A stretch of 63,611 nt of DNA, counting the filler, from Welwitschia mirabilis (taxonomy: Eukaryota), in NCBI GenBank assembly GCA_051453625.1. It is 6 parts of one record of this genome, joined end to end, with 100 filler letters (N's around TTAATTAATTAA, not from the genome) between each part and the next. Parts side by side here need not be neighbours in the genome. Positions count along the whole stretch, not along the records: positions 33,124 to 50,810 come from JBOZIK010000001.1; 5 more parts are not named here. One strand, 5' to 3'. The position numbers and the translations under genes are program-made. The notes beneath the pieces were generated by a model. That model made no database searches and was not told the origin of the DNA. It saw only the letters and a program-made list of their open reading frames with translations. Shown here piece by piece: positions 35,909-49,200 of the stretch (positions are counted from its first letter, which is position 1; each line of letters starts with the position of its first letter).

Positions 35909-38907
35909 ATGGATAGATTAAACACCAATACAACTTGCAATGAATATTTAAAAGCAATTATGAATGATATCACTATTAATCTATCCTTTTGGAAAGTTAT
36001 AAAAGACAACCCAAGTACAATAAAATTTGGAAGGACTTAGTAAGAAGAAAATAAAAGAGGAAACTTTCAAGTGAAGTATTCATTGCACAATTCCTTTTCA
36101 ACTAGTTTTTTAAAAATTTCCTAAGTATAAAGATCCAATGGAAGCCACTATTTTTATTTTTTTTAAAGAAAATAAGAAAATGAAGAAAGCCTTAATAGAC
36201 ATAGGGGCAAGTGTAAACATTATTCCTTTGCACATTTGTAAAAAGTTTGGATTAGAAGGAAGAATTAGACAGTGTTGAAATTGGCTAATGCATTAATGAA
36301 AAAACTTATAAGAGTAATCAAAGATTTAGTGATTCAAATTTCAAAAGCTTTCTACCCTTTAGATATGGTCATTATTAAGGTTAAACATAATGGTGGATAC
36401 CCTCTACTTTCATAAAGAGCCTTTTGTGTAACACCCTATTATGTCATTAATACTCACACAAGAATGATGAAGTGTCATATAGGTAATAAAAATTTTAGTA
36501 TTAGAGTATTTGATGCCTTTGAAAAAGACATGGGAGAAAAATTAGACATAGAAGAAAAAGTTAAGTCATCCATGTTAGTTTAACATCATTGTTTAGAAGA
36601 AAGGCTCCTTTCATTACATAACTTAATCTTATTTTATGATGAATAGGAATTATCTACTATTTTTAAATATTTAAACTCCTATAATCCTTGCAATATTAAT
36701 CAAGATCATTTAAACCACTCTTTCAATGATGATTTTCATGAGGACTATGAATCCATACTTGATCATAATCTCCAACATTTAAGATTCATTAAAAACATTT
36801 TATATCAAGATCAGTTTTCTACAACTATGAATGATGAAAATGATCTTCAACTCAAACAATTACCCTATGATTTGAAATACCTTTTTATAAATAACAATTC
36901 TAATAAACCGTTGATCATTAGTTATCAACTTCATCCTTCCTAAGAAAAAGCCTTAATTCAACTTTTTACTTCAAAATTAGAAGCTTTTGCTTGAACTCAT
37001 CGAGTTATTAGTGCTATTCCTTCTTATATGATTTAATACAAATTTACCTATATGACAATGTTAAATCCATTAAAAAACCTTAAAGAAGACTTAATCCTAC
37101 CATTCAAAAAGTAGTAAAGAACAAAATCATTAAACCTATGGACACAGGTCAATTCATGCTTTTGAATAATACTCAAGTACATCTTATACATAACAAGTTT
37201 ACCACTAAATGGTTTGATCATTATAATGTGAAAAGGATACATTCCAATGACTCTGTTAAGATCTCTAACCTTCAAACTCAAGAGATCAAAAAAGTAAATG
37301 GACAAAGGTTAAAACTTTATACATCTCCATATGATTGTTTTTATACCTTGAACATGATAAAAACAATTAACTTGGAATATCCTCTTTGCAAAAAGGAAGA
37401 TCTCCCCTTGGCCATCTACTAAATTTTTTCTTAGTCTTATTCCTTAATTTTAATTATGATACTACTTGATCATATTTAACTTGATTTATGTTTGACTCCC
37501 ATAGGTATTATCATGATTAAGTAATTCTTTACATTAGGTTTTCATGTAATAAAGATTAGATTTAGTTAATCTTAAGATATTCCAATATCTACAATCAATC
37601 TCCTTTGTTACTTTATGGAAAAATATCAATTATGTTAATTCAATGCTTATTTTTATCCATATACCTTGTTACTCCATCATTCTAATGATTAATTTATGCT
37701 TCCAAAATGGGATTCTAAGTCAATAAAAAAAGGGAAAAATGCAAAGCAAGAAGGAAATATGAAAATAAAAAATACGAAGGAAAAATAAAGAGAAAAATAA
37801 AAATTAATTACCCTCTTGTAATTATACCATGATGTACTACCACAAGCATATTAGGGCAAAATTTCTTGAAAGGGGCCTTTGGCTATATAATATGTATAGT
37901 TGTGGAAACTCCACTATAGGATTAGTTAGCCATAATCTAGCTTTGGCTTATGGGTCTTTATTTTCCCTTATCATGATGAATGGTATTATTCAACACTCCA
38001 TTAACTAAAAACTTCCATCACTCTAAGGCATAGACTTCATGAACATGTGAGTGTATTGATCACTGGATGATATCAAAGTATTCTAGTTATCACAGCTAAA
38101 GAGGGATTGAATTATAGTCCAAACATGACTTGATACCTTGTTAAAAATAATCATTAGATATTGTCATCATTACTACCCTTTTGAATGGTACTCTATGGTG
38201 TTTTACATTGAATCATACATTTCTATATTAAGTATCTTTATAACCTTTACTAAGAAATTTTACTAAGTTTGAATTTTGGACAAATAGTTAATCTTCTTTA
38301 TGTCCTATCTTTTCTATTTTTCTTTTTGTTTTATCTTAGTTTGTTGGTTTTCCTTCTCAAAGTTATTTTTATCATCTTTTCCAAAATAATGCTTAGGACT
38401 TTATCATTTTCTGATTTACTTCTTGTATTTTTTATCACTCGATTATTATGCATAAAATCAATTTTACCTATACCTTGATCATCTTTTAGCATGATAGCAT
38501 TGATGCTTTTCTTTTCTTAATAATCTTTCTTTTTTATAACCTCTCATATTACTTAAACTTATAATAATGAAATCTTACCCTAGTTTACCTTCTCTTTATG
38601 GTTTTCATAACCTAAAATGACTTGCTCATTTATTTTTGGGGGTGAGGGGTAGACACATATATTACATGATTTGTGAGCCAAAATTCTTCACCTACTTTTA
38701 CTAGGCATAAATATATGCAATGATGTTGAGATAATTATTGATCATATACATCAACTTTACCTATGTTTTTTAATAGATATGATGTATTTCACATGTTATA
38801 CTCTTAATTCTAATGATATTCATGTTTTAAATTTCTTTTTATTAGTTAGCTCACAATGTGTTATCTCTTACTTTATGAAGGACTAACAAATGCTAAGTGG
38901 AGGCTTA

Positions 38908-40159
38908 TATTGAAGCTAAATTAGCCTATTTAATACACTTATGGAATGCATTTTTATATTTTATTGATGAGTTTTCTGGGGATTATGCAAATTATATAAA
39001 TCTTTTTACAGGTCATGAAATGCAACAATTTTCAACACAAGAAGCTATCTTTATATGATAATGGATCAAAGCACAATGATCAAAGAGAGCTATCATCTTA
39101 TCTATCATGGGATAAATATCAAAGGGATAACACATAAGATGATAGTTAGCATAATCAACATGTGCTGAGCATTAATTAATAGATGAAGTGATCTTCTTCT
39201 ATGTCGTGGGAACTACATGATGGAAAATAGTAACAATAATTTGTAAAATTAATTAAATTATTATAAAAGAGTGGATTTAACTCACACCTCTTCACTTAAC
39301 ATCCCTTGATTCCCTTTAACCATTTATTTCAACTAATAAATAAACCCTTTTAAATCCTATTCCAAATCATCTTTTGTCATCTACATTCTTGTGATGATTA
39401 GAGCTTGTTGGAGGCAAGGAGATTTGTTCTACCTATGGGAACAACACATAGGACAACAATCAGTATAATCAACATATGTTAAGAATCAGTTGGCAGATGG
39501 AGTGGTCATCCTTTATGTTGTGGGGATGACACGATAGATGATAACTAAAATAATTGATAAAGTTAATTAAATTATTATAAAAGGATGAATCTAACTCATA
39601 TCTCTTTATTTCAAATCCATTAATGCTTTTTAAGCATCCATTCCAACCTATAAATAGACCCTTTTAGAACCTATTCCAAATTATCTTTTGTTATCTACAT
39701 TCTTATGATGATTAGATATTGTTAGAGGTAAGGAGATTCATCTTTATAGCTTATCTTCATTGTAATTTAAGTGGCATTAATTTGTAATTTAAATAGATTA
39801 TAAGGATCAATCTAGTGATAGTAGATTGGAAATTTAGTTAATTTATTAAATTAGAATTGTATTCGTTCTTTGTTACATTGCATTTCATTTGATTCCATTG
39901 CATTGCATTCCATCTTCATCTTTACATTGTTTAATTTTAATTCCTATAAAGCAAAATCCAAAAATATATTATTCTTCTTTTTCTAAAAGCAATTTTTTGA
40001 ACTCTCTTTTAAAAGCATTCTCTAAGTGTATGACATTTGGATTAATCCCATTATTCAAATTTGTATTGTATGTAATTAGATTATCAGCTTTGCAAGTGTT
40101 GCAAGTTAAATTTAATCTTTAGAATATTGGAATTAAAAGCACAAATATGTATTACAATA
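38908..40159 (+). repeat. D-family LTR preceded by a PPT and followed by a PBS
   Basis: GCTAAGTGGAGGC upstream (compare GGCTAAGTGTGAGGC before the E LTR). TTTTGACACTATTCCTAGGAGA downstream. TATAAATAG at ~39648. Confidence 0.7.
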
Positions 40160-41003
40160 TTTTGACACTATTCCTAGGAGAGACTTTAAGAGAAAAGGAA
40201 GATCATCATTACTCAAGTAAATATTTTTAATTCATTTTAAATTATTTATTTGAGTAGTATTGTACTTTATCCTTTTGGATCTACTTACAATTTCTTGATT
40301 ATCTTTTAGTCTATAAGAAATTATTTAATTATCCATTTGAAATGTACTTTAATCTTTTTTCTTGTAAATTGTAATTTTTATTTCTTGTAGTTTTTCTTTC
40401 TTTCCTTTAAAGTGTAATTTTAATTTGAAGGATTTATGTTTCAATTTAGAAATTTATTAGCTCTACTCCTAGCACTTTGTGTGATCTAAGGGATTACTCC
40501 ATTGATTATTATTTCTCAACAAACTTGGCCTACACTTTGTGCTTTATTCGATCTGAGTGATTTCTAAATTTATTTGATATATCTTACTATTTACACCTTT
40601 GAGTGATTCTAGAGATTAATGCTACTGGAATGTAAAGAAGTTTGTTTAACACAATTTAATCTTACAAGGTAATGATAAATAGCAACAAAGGAAAATACAC
40701 TCATAAAAGACATTTCCTTGACAAAGTAATTAAAGAAGGTCTGGTGGACTTTAATTCAAAAACTCAAGGTGAGAAAGAAAATTTTTTTTCTTTAATTAAG
40801 TAAGATGATTATTCTACATTTACTATTTTTTATTCACATACTCCAAAATCTTTGAAAATTTCTAAAAATCAACCAAGTTATACTAAAAATATTGCCTCTC
40901 CTCTTTTGCCTAATCACCCTAATACTCTTACCTCTATGACCTCTAACAAATCTTCATTTAAAATATTAGGATTCCCTAATTTAAATGTTACTTTATAGGA
41001 TAT
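40160..41003 (+). mobile_element. Element D2: PBS, 5' UTR and gag start, interrupted by element E
   Basis: 40470-41003 aligns with 33165-33660 (caacaaacttggcctacactttg, aaggtgagaaagaaaa, gcctctcctctttt). Confidence 0.8.
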
Positions 41004-42244
41004 TGTTACTTTATGTATTTATACAAATGATTACACTCTTAAGAACATCTTGTCATTTACAAATAAATATAAATTTTGCATAATACAATATACTAATATA
41101 GATGGGAGTAATCCAAATGTCATATTATTGTTGAAGGCATAGGAGAAAAGAGTGAGAATTAATTTTAAGAATGACTTAATAGCAGAAATTAATAATAATG
41201 TAGAAAATGATAATACAAACACACTTATAAAAATGAATGTAAATCTAAGTAAGTGCAACTTCCATCCGATTACTAAATTATCCTATCATAGAGATCAATC
41301 CTATATAATCTAGATTAATTAAGAAATGTTGTCACTAGATCGAGATCAACCTAAGCTATCAGGTATATCAAATAGATATAAAACTATGTAAAGTTAATCT
41401 AGGAAAGAATATAATGCGCCTAAACTAATAATGCTCAACCTTAACAAAGGTTATCCTCATAATTTATATTACTAAATAAGATATCATGGAATCAAAAGCA
41501 ACATAAACTATAAGGGATATATACATAATAAGTAGCCACATCTCAATGGAAGATGCATAGCCCAACGTCCGTGTTACAAAGAAGTTACATCTCAATGGAG
41601 GATGCATAGCCCAAGACTAAGGAAGACATCTCTCTGAAATTACAATGGATGAATCTCTGGTTCTTTGATCTCCTATCATGAGAATTTTTGGTGCAAACAA
41701 AGACAAGTAGGAGTTGAAGATGAAGTAAATATTTATTAACTAAGATAGACTCACAAACAAATAAGACAAACAAGCATAGGCACAACTCTAATAACCATGC
41801 AAGAAACACAGAAACAAATGGTTAAAGTTAAGTGAAGTTTGATGAAGCATTATTTTAGATGTCATCCTACTAGTCATTCGAATGATACAAGAGATGATGC
41901 CACCTCATAAGAATTCCATATCATCTACTAGATTGACTCTAATCAACATCCTTATTGGCTTAACTATTTTATCGTCCATTCAATTGTTCAAACGATGAGG
42001 TGGATAATATGATTTTTACAACTTTTCATGTAATGCATTAGCCTAAATGCTTACAAGAATTTTACTTTAAAATAGGAAATATTGTAAATTGCTTCAAATG
42101 CTATAAAATGTAATGAAGATTACATGTTTTTGTATCATTCATCTTAGCTCTTTATTACCCTATAAATCTAGCATAAACCTATCTAATAACCTACAAAAAT
42201 ACTCAAAATACCCTATCAAATACACCCAAGTTGGTAGTGCAACA
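41004..42244 (-). repeat. 3' LTR of element E
   Basis: TG..CA termini (tgttac..gcaaca), adjacent PPT, similarity to 51810-52051 and 22518-23487. Confidence 0.85.
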
Positions 42245-42779
42245 TAGCCTCACACTTAGCCTTATTAGTTTCTAAAAAAACCAGATGGTTAACCATGATT
42301 ACGAAATCATGTATCTAATAATAAAAGCAATTAAAACATTGAAAAATCATCTTAGAAAAATTTTCAAATATCTCATAGATGTAGACTAAACTATTAAAAA
42401 TAGAAAACTAAATATTTTAACTATTTAAGATACTAGTCACACTATCATCCAAGCCATCGTCTAAACGATATGAAGGATGATAGGCTCAAAACTTATTCTT
42501 GGAAAATAGAAACCTATGATAAAAATTTTCAAACACATAATTAATACATACATTAATGGTTGATAGCCCCCTATTAAAATATACAATAAATAAGTAAAAT
42601 GATTATTGGAAATATAACCAATCCTCATCATGCATTGTAAAAAGAAAAATAATAATAAAAATAAAAAAATACATGATGTTGAAACTTAAAATAATGATGT
42701 CTATATATAATAATCATGAATTCTAAGTACATAAAATATATAGAGTCAAAGATACAAAATGTGATATAAATCACTTCCC

Positions 42780-44030
42780 TTAACACCTTATAATGAACTC
42801 AAAATGGGTAGTAGGCTCAGGTACAGAAGGAGAAGAAGAAGAATGCTCAAGATTTATAGGGAAAAGGAGATCCAATGATGTAAATATGGAGTGAATCATC
42901 TCATCTCCCTGTACATGAACTACCTCTGGAATGTCCACTGTCACACTTTGCTCAATGGATATGACACACTAACGTACATCGACCAACTACTTGTTAGAGT
43001 ATTAAACTCTCTTATCAATTGTTTGGATCCTCTGCTCAAGTGTTTAGATCCTTTGATCAAGCATTTGGATATCTCTATCAACAAAACCCCTGATGATCTC
43101 AGTGGTCTCTGCCAGGAGGGGCTGGATTTGCTTTAATAATACTCTAATCATAGGTTTTTATACTTGAGGTCTCTTTACTGCTCTTGGTATTTGTATACTT
43201 ACATCCTACAAATAGTGAGTTAAAGTCCAAATATGCATAAGGCATTGCTCACCCATGGGCTTAGATATCCTAAATTATTAAAGCATGGCTAAGAGTAGGC
43301 ATAGATATTTTAGATTCTATAGCTATCGTGCCTCAACCATATAAAAGTCGATAATTCCATCTGATTACCTTATCTAAATGCTACTAATATCTAAAGTTGT
43401 GATACCATGATGTGACTATCATGAAATGACAGTCTAATGTTATGAATTATCCCTCAGTGCAAAAATATATAGATCAGGAATAATTATGTCACAAGAACAC
43501 TTTGCCTATCCCATATTAAGTCTTCTAGAATATCCAATACTATGTCATATGTATGGCGCTCCTCTGTTCCATCATCAGAATGTATATATAGAGTTCCAAT
43601 ACCACTTAGATCTATACTAGCTACAATGTAATTTAGGGGTACTACTATCTTATGGTTTTGTAGAAGCTATAATCATCTCCACTAGGTGACCATAAGAATC
43701 GAGACATCTCTCCATGTGTATGGTGTTATAAAACTCCCTAATCTCTAAAATATTATACTTCCCATGTGCATTCAAAATCTAATAAAGCTAAAAATTAGTA
43801 AGCCTCTAATTGACTTTAAGCTCTAGCTAGCTCATAAAATCTCCAAAGTATCACTTCACATGCATGGAAGTAGTCTGAATGGTAAGCAATCATTCATGTC
43901 AAGGTTGGGGATGCACGGGCTATGTACACTCTACCTCAGGTAGTACTAATGGGCCTACTTCCTACTCTATAGCCTTAGCTTTAGTCTTAGCCTATTTAAC
44001 TCTATGTGTACAAGTACTACTCAATAAAAA
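42780..44030 (-). pseudogene. Degenerate sense-strand accessory (env-position) ORF of element E
   Basis: LEIREFYNT motif (~43730-43750) resembles the VREFY motif of Athila accessory ORFs. Coiled-coil-like DQRI*TLEQRIQTIDKR near the 3' end. Homologue at 56920-57240 (ASEIREFSDTMHIER). Confidence 0.55.
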
Positions 44031-45840
44031 ATATGCAAAAATATTACACAAGATCTAATGGAGATAGCTTAATATGTCGCGTGGATGCTCAAAACAATCC
44101 CAAAATAAATTAAAAAATATAAAAAATTATGAAAATATGTCATACCCCTTCTCAAAGTGTTAATATGTCTTATATCTAGTCCTATGAATAAAATTTTAAA
44201 ATGCACGAAAAGTGTAAAAACGGTGTTTTTAATGGGCCCCACATAAGATGAAAATTTAATGTGCTCAAATGAAAAATATAATCTACTAGAATTATAGAAC
44301 ACATTAAACTCATCAATTTATCCTAAAGAACCACTATGTTTTGACTTACAGTTTGCAAGAAATTAAGTGTGAAAGGTAGAAATCTAAGTTTATCTCGTAA
44401 AATGTACAATTAATCATATCTTTTAAAATACTTGGCAAAAATTAAATCTATAATTTTCTAAATGAATAATGCAAAAAACTAATTAACATACATTAAAACT
44501 ATGCATTAAAAGGCTAACAAATAGAAGAAAAAATTCAAAAAGATAAGGGAAAAAAGCAAACCTCATCTCAAAAAATCGTAAAAATTTAAAGAATCTATGA
44601 GTGAATCGCACAAGGATAAGATCTAACAAGTTGGCAAGGACTAGGGGACTATTGTCTGTCAAAGGAATGGATGAAAATGATAAAGAAATAAAGAAAAAAT
44701 GAGGAAAATATTTTGGGCTATGATTTTATCACACTGTTGTCTGGTTGCTTCATCTAGACAACAGCCTTAGGATGACTCTCAAAAAAAAAATCTAACTATC
44801 ATTTGCCTATGTCATTTGAACGATTAGGTGGATGATGGAAATTTCAAAAATTTTCTTAAAAATTAACATATCAATCAAGAAAGTTAAGCTCAAATATTAT
44901 CATGAAGGTATTAGAATTTATCAGAAAGTTTGAAAAAATAGGGAATGGTAAAAAGTTGTGATAAATCAAGATGATGTAAAAAACTTAAAACAAATGAAAA
45001 ATAGAGCTAAAGGAAATATTCTAATTAGGTTGAAACCTAATAATGAAATTAAATAAATGTGCCCAAACTGAAAAATAAATAAGACAAGCTATAGAACTCC
45101 AAAAGATATAAGAAATCTCATAAAAGATATGAAACATAAAAGATTATCTGTTTAATTAAAATGCTAAAAGAAAATGATATGTTATGAATTAACAACAAGA
45201 AAACTACTAAATGATAAGGTCCTATGTGAAGATAAGAAAATGTGGAAATGACATCAAAATAACAAACTGGAAAACCAAGGAAAATCATAATGAAAATGAA
45301 CATAAGGAACATAAAAAAGATTGCTTATCTATCCTAAATTATAAATTAGCAAAACCCCATGGAAGGAATTATAAAGCTACCTAAGTGAAAAAGGCATAAT
45401 AAAATATATTAACTCCATAGAGTTCCACTCGTAAAGGTAGTGATTATGATGATACCAAAAAATCAAGTGCCTAGAAAAATGAATGAAAAGATCAAAAGCT
45501 TATCAAAAATGAACTCATCTATTCACATCCTAAAACACACCTAAATCCTCTAAAGTGAAATATTCATGTGGAAATACTAAGAGTTTATAAAATAAGCAAT
45601 GTATATAATGACATCAGAAATGCCACTAGTCTCATAGCTTCAAAGTTTATTACAAATTTTTCTATGATGAGGGGAATGCAACCCCAGTTAAAGAAATAAG
45701 GATCTGTGAAGCATGGTCAACTAACCTCCTAGTGGAGTTTTCATAGCTACCAATACTACTAATTATTCCTTTTGGAAATATTTATCCTAATGTGATAGGA
45801 CATTATGGTAACCATGTATTTTTTAAAGCNNNNNNNNNNN

Positions 45841-45918
<78 letters not shown>
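45841..45918. repeat. Compound (TC)n(TA)n microsatellite
   Basis: Directly visible next to a 11-N gap. Confidence 0.95.
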
Positions 45919-45921
<3 letters not shown>

Positions 45922-46228
45922 ATTTTCACATGATTACATACTTAAAAAGACTAAGGTAAATAAGTGAAATAAAATATAGAAAAAAACACTCCTAAACAAT
46001 CAAAATCTCATACCATTAAAAAAATACAAGAACTAAGGCATCTTTCTTTAAAGTGAAGTTCATAAAAATAAGAATGTCTCAAAATTGGATGAATCTAATC
46101 TTATCACTATAAAATGTCCTAGTATGAATACTAATCTTGAAAACTTCATAAAGCAACACATAAGTCAAGTTTTAAAGATGATTAAATGATATTATAACAT
46201 TCATCAAAGGAATAATCTAAGAAAGAAT

Positions 46229-49200
46229 TCAGATAATGAGAGGGTAAAAATCCTTCTCATTGAGAGTAATGTCCAAAATAAGTGCTTCTACCATGTTCAA
46301 TATTGCATTAAAAGATGTTTCATATAGTTTCAACCTTTTTCCATTAGCTTTCTAAATATCCTTAGTTTCTAAGTCAAAAATATTAATAGAGCCATTAGAA
46401 TGCACTTTTTATATAAGATGAGGATCTAACAATTTAGAGGTTAACTTGTTATTTAAAAGATGTACTCTAGTATTATATAAAAGGATAAGTTATCTAGGTT
46501 TAAACTTTTTATGAAGGAGCTTTTTATCATTTTTGAACTTAGCTTGGACTTTGTGGATTAGTTGATAATGTATCACATGAGTACATTTTCAATCAAGATG
46601 ATATAATTGAGTTAATTTATGTTTAATACTCTCATGATAATCTATAAGAATAAGTTGATGTGAAGCACGATAAGAGTTATAACATAAATCAATAAGTAAA
46701 ATACAAACTTCTCTATACAAAGTTCATGAGGTAAAAAACTAAGAGAATTATGCCAACTAGTACAGTAAGCACAAAGATCATCGTTGAGCTTAGAATCTCA
46801 AAATCTCTTATTAATAGAGATAAGTTTTTATAACATTTTCTTAATTTCTGTTTACATTTTCAACTTGACCATTAGTTTATGGATGTTAAGCACAAGCTGC
46901 TCTATGTTCTATTCCAATAGACAAAAGAAGTTTCTTAAAAAGTTGATTTATAAAATTAGTTCCCTCATCACTAATGATAATCCTAGGAAAATCAAAAAAT
47001 TAAAAAATATAAGCTTTAAGAAAAGGAAAAATAGTTTGGGCATCATTAATGGAAGTAGGAATAGCTTTAACTCATTTAGTAATATAATCTACATCCACTA
47101 AAATGTAATTCTTATTATTAAAAGATGGGTTAATAGGGCATATAAAATTAATTCCTTGATAATTAAAATATTTACATTCAAAATTAGGTCTAAGAGGCAT
47201 TTTTAAGTGTAAATAAGGCTATCATAATGCTAATAAGAATCACACCTTATAGCAAAATCAAAAGAATCCTGAAAAAGAGTAGGTTAATAAAATCTAGAGT
47301 GAAGAATTTTCATAATTATTTTTTGTCCACTATAATGACCTCCAAAAATACCACCATAACAAAGATAAAGATATTAGATTTTTCCCAATTAGGCACATAT
47401 TTTTGCATAATTTGATTTTCACACTTACAATAAAGATGTGGATCTATCCATTCATAGTCATCTATTCTATAGAGAAAGGATTTTATTTGATTATAAATTC
47501 AATGTTGTGGTGTTTTCATGGTAATAAGGAACTAATAATATTAGCATACCAAAGAGAAGGATGACTAAATGATATAGTAAAAAATATCTAAAAAGAATTA
47601 TTAATCACAAGATTATCAAAAGGGGAAGAAAGATGAGATAAATGATTAGAAATACTATTATACTTTTCTACTTTATCAATGATGGTCAAATTAAATTTTT
47701 GCATGATGAGGGTTCATCTAATAAATCTAGCACTTGAATCTTTCTTAGTCATAAGGTATTAAATTATAGCATGGTTGGTATCAACATTCATATAAAAGCC
47801 TAAAATATAATGTCCAAGTGTATCAAGGAAAAAGATAATTGCTAATATTCCTTCTCTGTAATAGTATAATTCATTTAAGTTTTAGATAGAGTTTTACTAT
47901 GGTAAGAAATAACTTTAAAATCATTTTCATACTTTTGACAAAGTACCCCATACACAGTAAAGCTATGAGCATCACACATTAACTTAAAAACTTTTTTGCA
48001 ATTAGGAGCCATTACAATAGGAGCATAAGAGAGTTTACATTTAAGTTTATCGAAAGTAAGCTGACAAGATTCATTCTTATGAAATTTAGCTTCCTTTTCT
48101 AGTAATGAGTGAAGAGGTTTATATATTTTTGTCTAATCTTGAATAAACTAATAATAAAAATCATAATGACGAAGAAAGAATCGAACTTATTTTACATTGG
48201 TTGGAGAAGCTAGGTTTTTAATGATACCAACCTTTTCAAGATCTATCCTAATCCCTTTATATGAAATATGATGACCTAAAGTAATTCCACTATTAGCTAA
48301 AAATAAACTTTTCTTTCAACTCAAATGTAGACCACTAAAAATGCATCTATCAAGGACTTTCTCTAATCTTTCTAATATTTGTTCAAAACTTTTAGCATAG
48401 ATAGAGAAGTTATCCATAAAAATTTCTATTAACCCCTAACATATCAAAAAAATACCCATCATTGCACATTAAAAAGTACTAGGAGCATTGCAAAATCTAG
48501 AAGGCATGTTTCTAAAAGCAAGAAAAGTAGTCTTTACCTGATCCTCACTATTAATACAAGCCTGATTGTAACTACTATATCCATTAAAAAAATAATAAAA
48601 AGCATGTCCTTGAATTCTATCAAGTATCTGATTAAGAAAAGATAGAGGATAATGGTCTTTTTTGGTTACTTCATGTAATTTTGTGAAATCAATGCACATC
48701 CTCCATTTTCCACATTTCTTAAGTACTACCACCAAAGGGCTAATCTATTAACTAATAAATATTGCATAAATGTTTTTCAAATTTATTAATTTAATTATTT
48801 CATCTTTTACAACTTACTGAAGGGGTAAATTAAGTCTATGTTGGAATTGCCTAATAGGTTTTGCATTATCCTCAAGATAGATTTTATGTTAAATAATTAA
48901 GGTGGGAATGGCTGTTAAATCTTTGTGAGATGAAGCAAATTCATTTATCTTAGATTAAAAAACTAAAATTAAGCTCAATTCTTATTGAGGAGAAATAGTT
49001 TTATTTTTATTAAAGGTTTGTTCTAATAATTGCATAAAAAGATATATTTAAGTTCACTAGGTAAAGGTTTCAGATTTAGATTTAAATTTAGATTTTTATT
49101 TTCTAGTAAATTTTTATGAAAATTCACTACCATCTTAGACTATTGTCTAGACATTAGTAGTGAATGACCATCCTCAAAATAAGAAATATTAATTTTTCTC

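Larger units (their letters stand above)
33124..40159 (+). mobile_element. Athila-like element D1: 5' UTR, gag, protease, RT start fused to integrase C-terminus, 3' non-coding region, PPT, LTR
   Basis: Similar to the reverse complement of A and E (KREIQNPFNL, KKALIDIGASVNIIPL). ORF 37138 is integrase C-terminus (KKVNGQRLKLY). Confidence 0.85.

Noticed and set aside
35794-36009. Gly-rich ORF
   Set aside because: Produced by the poly-C tract and spans the insertion junction antisense to the retroelement.
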